Shown here piece by piece: positions 60,126 through 64,000 of a stretch of 64,000 nucleotides of DNA. The position numbers and the translations under genes were made by a program. A model generated the notes under the pieces. The model ran no database searches. It was not told the origin of the DNA and saw nothing but the letters and a program-made list of their open reading frames with translations. The first letter of the stretch is position 1; each line of letters begins with the position of its first letter. Origin of the DNA: Blastocatellia bacterium (GTDB taxonomy: Bacteria; Acidobacteriota; Blastocatellia; UBA7656); assembly GCA_963765495.1 (NCBI GenBank), contig CAVXWP010000009.1, forward strand, positions 846,650-910,649. The letters are read 5' to 3'.

Positions 60126-60514
60126 ACCGCTACGTTGCCGACACGCATGCGCTGTTCTGGTATTTGACAGCCTCTCCGCGACTTGGCGCAAAAGCCAAAG
60201 ATGCCTTCGATGAAGGCGCTCGCGGGGAGGCGTTCATATATCTTCCGACCATAGTTCTCGCAGAGCTTTACTACCTGAATGAAAAACTGGGCAAGCCGTT
60301 AGATTTTGCCGATGGCATTTCATCACTACGCAGCAGTGCCCAGTTTATCTTTGTCCCATTAGAGGTTCAAGACACGCTTGATTTTGAAATTGATAAAGCA
60401 GTGCCCGAAATGCACGACCGCATAATTGTAGGAGTAGCGCGACGGATGAATGCGGCCTGCATATCACTCGATCAGCAGATTATAGATAGCGGCCTAGTTT
60501 CTATAGTCTGGTGA
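60122..60514 (+). CDS. vapC: PIN domain (VapC-like) toxin
   Basis: YVADTHALFWYL, VLAEL, MHDRII, ISLD. Confidence 0.88.
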   Translation: MNRYVADTHALFWYLTASPRLGAKAKDAFDEGARGEAFIYLPTIVLAELYYLNEKLGKPLDFADGISSLRSSAQFIFVPLEVQDTLDFEIDKAVPEMHDRIIVGVARRMNAACISLDQQIIDSGLVSIVW

Positions 60515-60594
60515 TCTTTTCAAACTACCCCACCTCTATTCCTCCTCAATTGACATTAGCATAAGATAACTGCCGCAATAGTCTATACTGGGGC

Positions 60595-61718
60595 CTGAAG
60601 GATGGACCATATTAAAAGAAGCCCCAGATGAGTTTCTTTTAGGAGAAAGATGCTCATTAACTTTTTTCGGTTTGAGAAATAATTGATAAATAATTATTTT
60701 TTTTGTGCTAGCTAGCAATTGGCTTTTTTCTCTCTAAACTTCTTCTCACTATTACCACTAGCAACGTTTTCGCAAACAGCGTGAAAATCCTTAATGCCTT
60801 CATATGTTATATTCGCGCTTGAGTAAATCCCATCTCCCATTTCACATCTCTAAATCCTTGCTCGCATCAGAACCGCTTGCTGTATTCATTTGCTGCATGC
60901 TAGGCACTGTAAGGGCTGTGCTTATTAGATACCATATCTCGTATTTACCTTCCTGGCTCTGGCCGACTATACCACTTACAGCTTGTGTTGAGAACTCTCA
61001 CAATATAGACGCAAAATTGCGTCTCTGCATTGCTGAAAATCTCAAGCGATGAGATTTTGCGACTCCCTCGAAAGTAAATTTCGTGCTGTTTTGACTCGGA
61101 TAATGTAGGTAACTCTCAAGTCTACAAACAATTGCGCCAAAGCGACATCTGCAAACCAACGATCTGCCGTGACAATCAGGCGGCGACGGCAAGGCAAAAT
61201 CTAAATCTGGAGATGACGCGCTTGATACAGCAACTCGTAGCGGCGCATTCTCCCCTTAAGCAACCTCTGCGAGAAGCCGCGAATAAATGGGAGAGCCCGT
61301 GCGCCGGTGACAAGCGAAATGACAAGCAAGTGATGGTCGCCTTCATGGTCCAATCAATTGCCAGGCGGATTTTGCCTCGTCCAGGCAATTGAGACAAGGC
61401 TTGAAGCAAAACGGCCTCCGCAAGATCATTAGGCAAAATACGCTGATTATGGATCAAGCGAGAGAGGCGTTTGACAGCAGCCTCTTGAGAGCCGAAACAG
61501 CGAGCCAGCTTAGCTTGATTGACAGTTTGATTTTCAATGATGGCAGCGACGAAATCTAGTAATCGCTTTAAGTTGATGGCCGTGCGCCAAGGAAGCAGCG
61601 CAGTGATATAATCATTCAAACGAGTAGCAGAAGATTCTTTGTTTGTCATAAAACAAATCTTCCACAAGTGCATAACTTGTCGCTACTCGTTCACTTACAA
61701 TATGTGTCCATCCTTCAG
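60595..61718 (-). mobile_element. Degenerate IS4-family insertion sequence
   Basis: TIRs CTGAAGGATGGAC; 9-bp TSD TACTGGGGC (60586-60594, 61719-61727); broken transposase with AIDWT, TADR.F, Y.KRF.CEQGFRDVK. Confidence 0.9.
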
Positions 61719-62014
61719 TACTGGGGCTTAAATAATTGATGGTTTTTCAGGTTGGAAAGAACGGTCGAGTATGGCAGATTAACCCCACCAGATTGAGCAT
61801 CCATAGATAGGGTTATCAATAGAAAAAATATACAAAATCCCTTTAAATACCCCTTTCTGCCTTTTCTAAACTTTGGTATAATATGATTGTAATTGATTGA
61901 TTCGTATAGGCTTATTCTCCTGCCTATACAACCTGAAACCACTTGATTACACCCGGAAAGTATGGCTCGTCTTTTCGAGCCTCCTCGTTCACTGAATCAA
62001 AGGGAAAACAGAAA

Positions 62015-62197
62015 ATGAAAAAAAAGCTTATCTCTGAAAAAGAGCTTTGCGAAAACTTGGGTATTTCACGCATGACAGCTTATCGCCTACGCGAAAAAGG
62101 CAAAATCTCTTATTGCCGTATAGGTAATAAAGTGAAATATCGGCCTGAACATATAGACGAGTTCCTAGACGATTGCGAAAACCGAACCGACAAATAA
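62015..62197 (+). CDS. Excisionase/AlpA-like HTH protein
   Basis: LISEKELCENLGISRMTAYRLREKGKI...IG..VKY. Confidence 0.85.
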   Translation: MKKKLISEKELCENLGISRMTAYRLREKGKISYCRIGNKVKYRPEHIDEFLDDCENRTDK

Positions 62198-62569
62198 ATC
62201 AACCGTCATTTGAGATTAAATCATGCGCGGATTTTAACAATCCGTGCATGAAGGTCTCGATTCGGCGCTTCAAGACATTGCAAAGGGCGGGCAGAAGCGA
62301 GCCTTACCGATATTGCGGCCTATTGCAATATGAACGAACGCGCCGATTTTCATGCGTGCATGTATGCGCGTCATGCGCGCGCGCCCGTTTTTTATGTCAA
62401 TGGTTACTACAAGCACAGCAACAGCAGAGCAGACAACAGGCAGAGGACACGAAACACGGCGGTATAGTTTCTCTATACATTTCCTATATATGACTATTAT
62501 TCAGGCGTTTACAGCTAGAGAATTAGGTAGTTTGGTTACTTATAACAATCTCAGAAGGGAGGGTTCATA

Positions 62570-64000
62570 ATGCCGAAGAAGGCCAGCAAATCATACATTC
62601 CACGTCATCTGAAAATGCTCCGTCCACAAGCAGATTTTCTGAATGAGCAATTAGATAAAATTGATTGCCTGCCCGCAGACAGGCGCTTCCTGGCATTTAA
62701 CGTTATTTCCTATGCACACCAAGCCTACAAGTACAGTGATGGAATTCCTATACCCTATGAAACCTATAAGCTGGCGATGCCCGGTGCGAATCCATTCAGA
62801 CTTAAAGAGCTATTGCATATTAGCAACTTCTGGAAAGGGCACTGCCGAGAGTACAGACCCTCTGACTCCTTGATGATGGGGTATCTAGGCATAAGCTCAC
62901 GGATGAGCGCCGAAGAACTTATTGCAACCGACATGGTTGATTTTGTCAGCGGGCGAAGGATGAATAGACCACCAAGATCGAAGCGGGTTGATGACAACAA
63001 GAATTCTTATCCATCTTTAGTGAGAGCCACTATAGAAAAGCTAACCGCTAATGGGGGAGGTGTGATGCTTGGGAACATGGAGCGGCACTATCGCAGTCTC
63101 TACTCAGACATTCAATCAAGAAGCAACTCAATTGATTCAAAGACAAGGCGCAGGTTCGCTAATAACACATCCTGCCGTGAGCACCTTCTGAGATTTCCAA
63201 TGGAGCATGAGGGTGGTGGTCTGTATTCTTTTACTCCTGCTTGGCGCACACATAATACCGGAAGGATTTATTCCATAGGCGGTTGTTTACAATCGGCATC
63301 ACGCGACCTGAAAAGAGCAGCCTACAAAGACATGCCCGGATTCATGAACTACGATATAAAATCCTGTCAGCCGTTTATCACTATTATCCTGATACAGCAG
63401 GCAGGGCTTGACGCACAACCGCTTATTGATGTTATTCAACGTCCAAACTACAAAGACTACTACGCATCGGCCCTCGGTATCTCGCCCGACATAGCGAAGC
63501 GAATAATCATAGCGTTGTGCATGGGAGCGTGCTTACCTCGCACAATTAAAAATATGCAAGAGCGCAACAACTCGATTCTGGAATATCTTGCCGACTTTGC
63601 CGAGGATGAGTCAGGAGAAATAGACGAGAGCAAATTAGAAATGCTCCTCAAGAGAGGGCGGGAAGTATTAGGATCATTGGCCGAATGCCTCAAGAATTGG
63701 CATAGACATTTATTGGAAAGCTACATTCCTATTCACAAGAAGAAAGGCGGTAAAGGCTTTGTATTGCCCAATGCGGTTGGGATGACATTGCCTCTATGGG
63801 AACTTCACCTGGACCGTCCAAGATATAGATGGGTAGGTGTGGCAAGAGTGGCCGCGCATCTCCTTCAGGACTAGAGCAAGCCTGCATACAAGAGCAGATC
63901 ATACGCGATGAGGGTTGCAAGGTAATCAGCATCGAACATGACGGATTCATTATCAATGAAGGGCAGCCTGATATGACTCTGTGGAATGAGATCACAACCA
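62570..64000 (+). CDS. Family A DNA polymerase-like (TV-Pol-like) protein; frameshift near 63869; runs off window
   Basis: TGRIY...LQ...R, YDIKSCQ, AKRIIIALCMG; shifted frame gives LQGLE and IEHDGF. Confidence 0.6.

Larger units (their letters stand above)
58455..64000. mobile_element. Integrative element inserted at tRNA-Phe (extends past window end)
   Basis: tRNA fragment, integrase, TA pair, xis-like HTH, lower GC. Confidence 0.85.

Overview
Bacterial chromosomal window, most likely Acidobacteriota (Blastocatellia-like). This is inferred from the gene repertoire: a VWA protein, an ECF/Ser-Thr-kinase pair, an Oar-type TonB receptor and a Tes-like radical SAM enzyme. 1-41 kb is mostly core genome: uvrB, purC, cvpA, an Rrf2-trxA-SDR-QueA-like operon, a radical SAM/glycosyltransferase cluster, galT, a YbhGFSR-type ABC exporter and murJ. 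It also holds a putative membrane-lipid operon (PlsR-PlsA-like ether/plasmalogen enzymes plus a Tes/GDGT-MAS-like radical SAM), many heptamer-repeat hairpins, and a 156-bp MITE carrying a REP doublet. 41.4-64 kb is accessory DNA in three parts. (i) A five-gene operon bracketed by a duplication of the murJ 5' end: coiled-coil protein, lipoprotein, M91-like peptidase/CFI-box protein, unknown protein and an Lgt paralog. (ii) A decayed island at 46.5-58.4 kb that begins with an integrase remnant. (iii) A tyrosine-integrase element at a tRNA-Phe 3' fragment, with a TA pair, a fossil IS4-family element, an excisionase-like HTH and a PolA/TV-Pol-like gene. All calls come from reading motifs by eye; no database searches were run.
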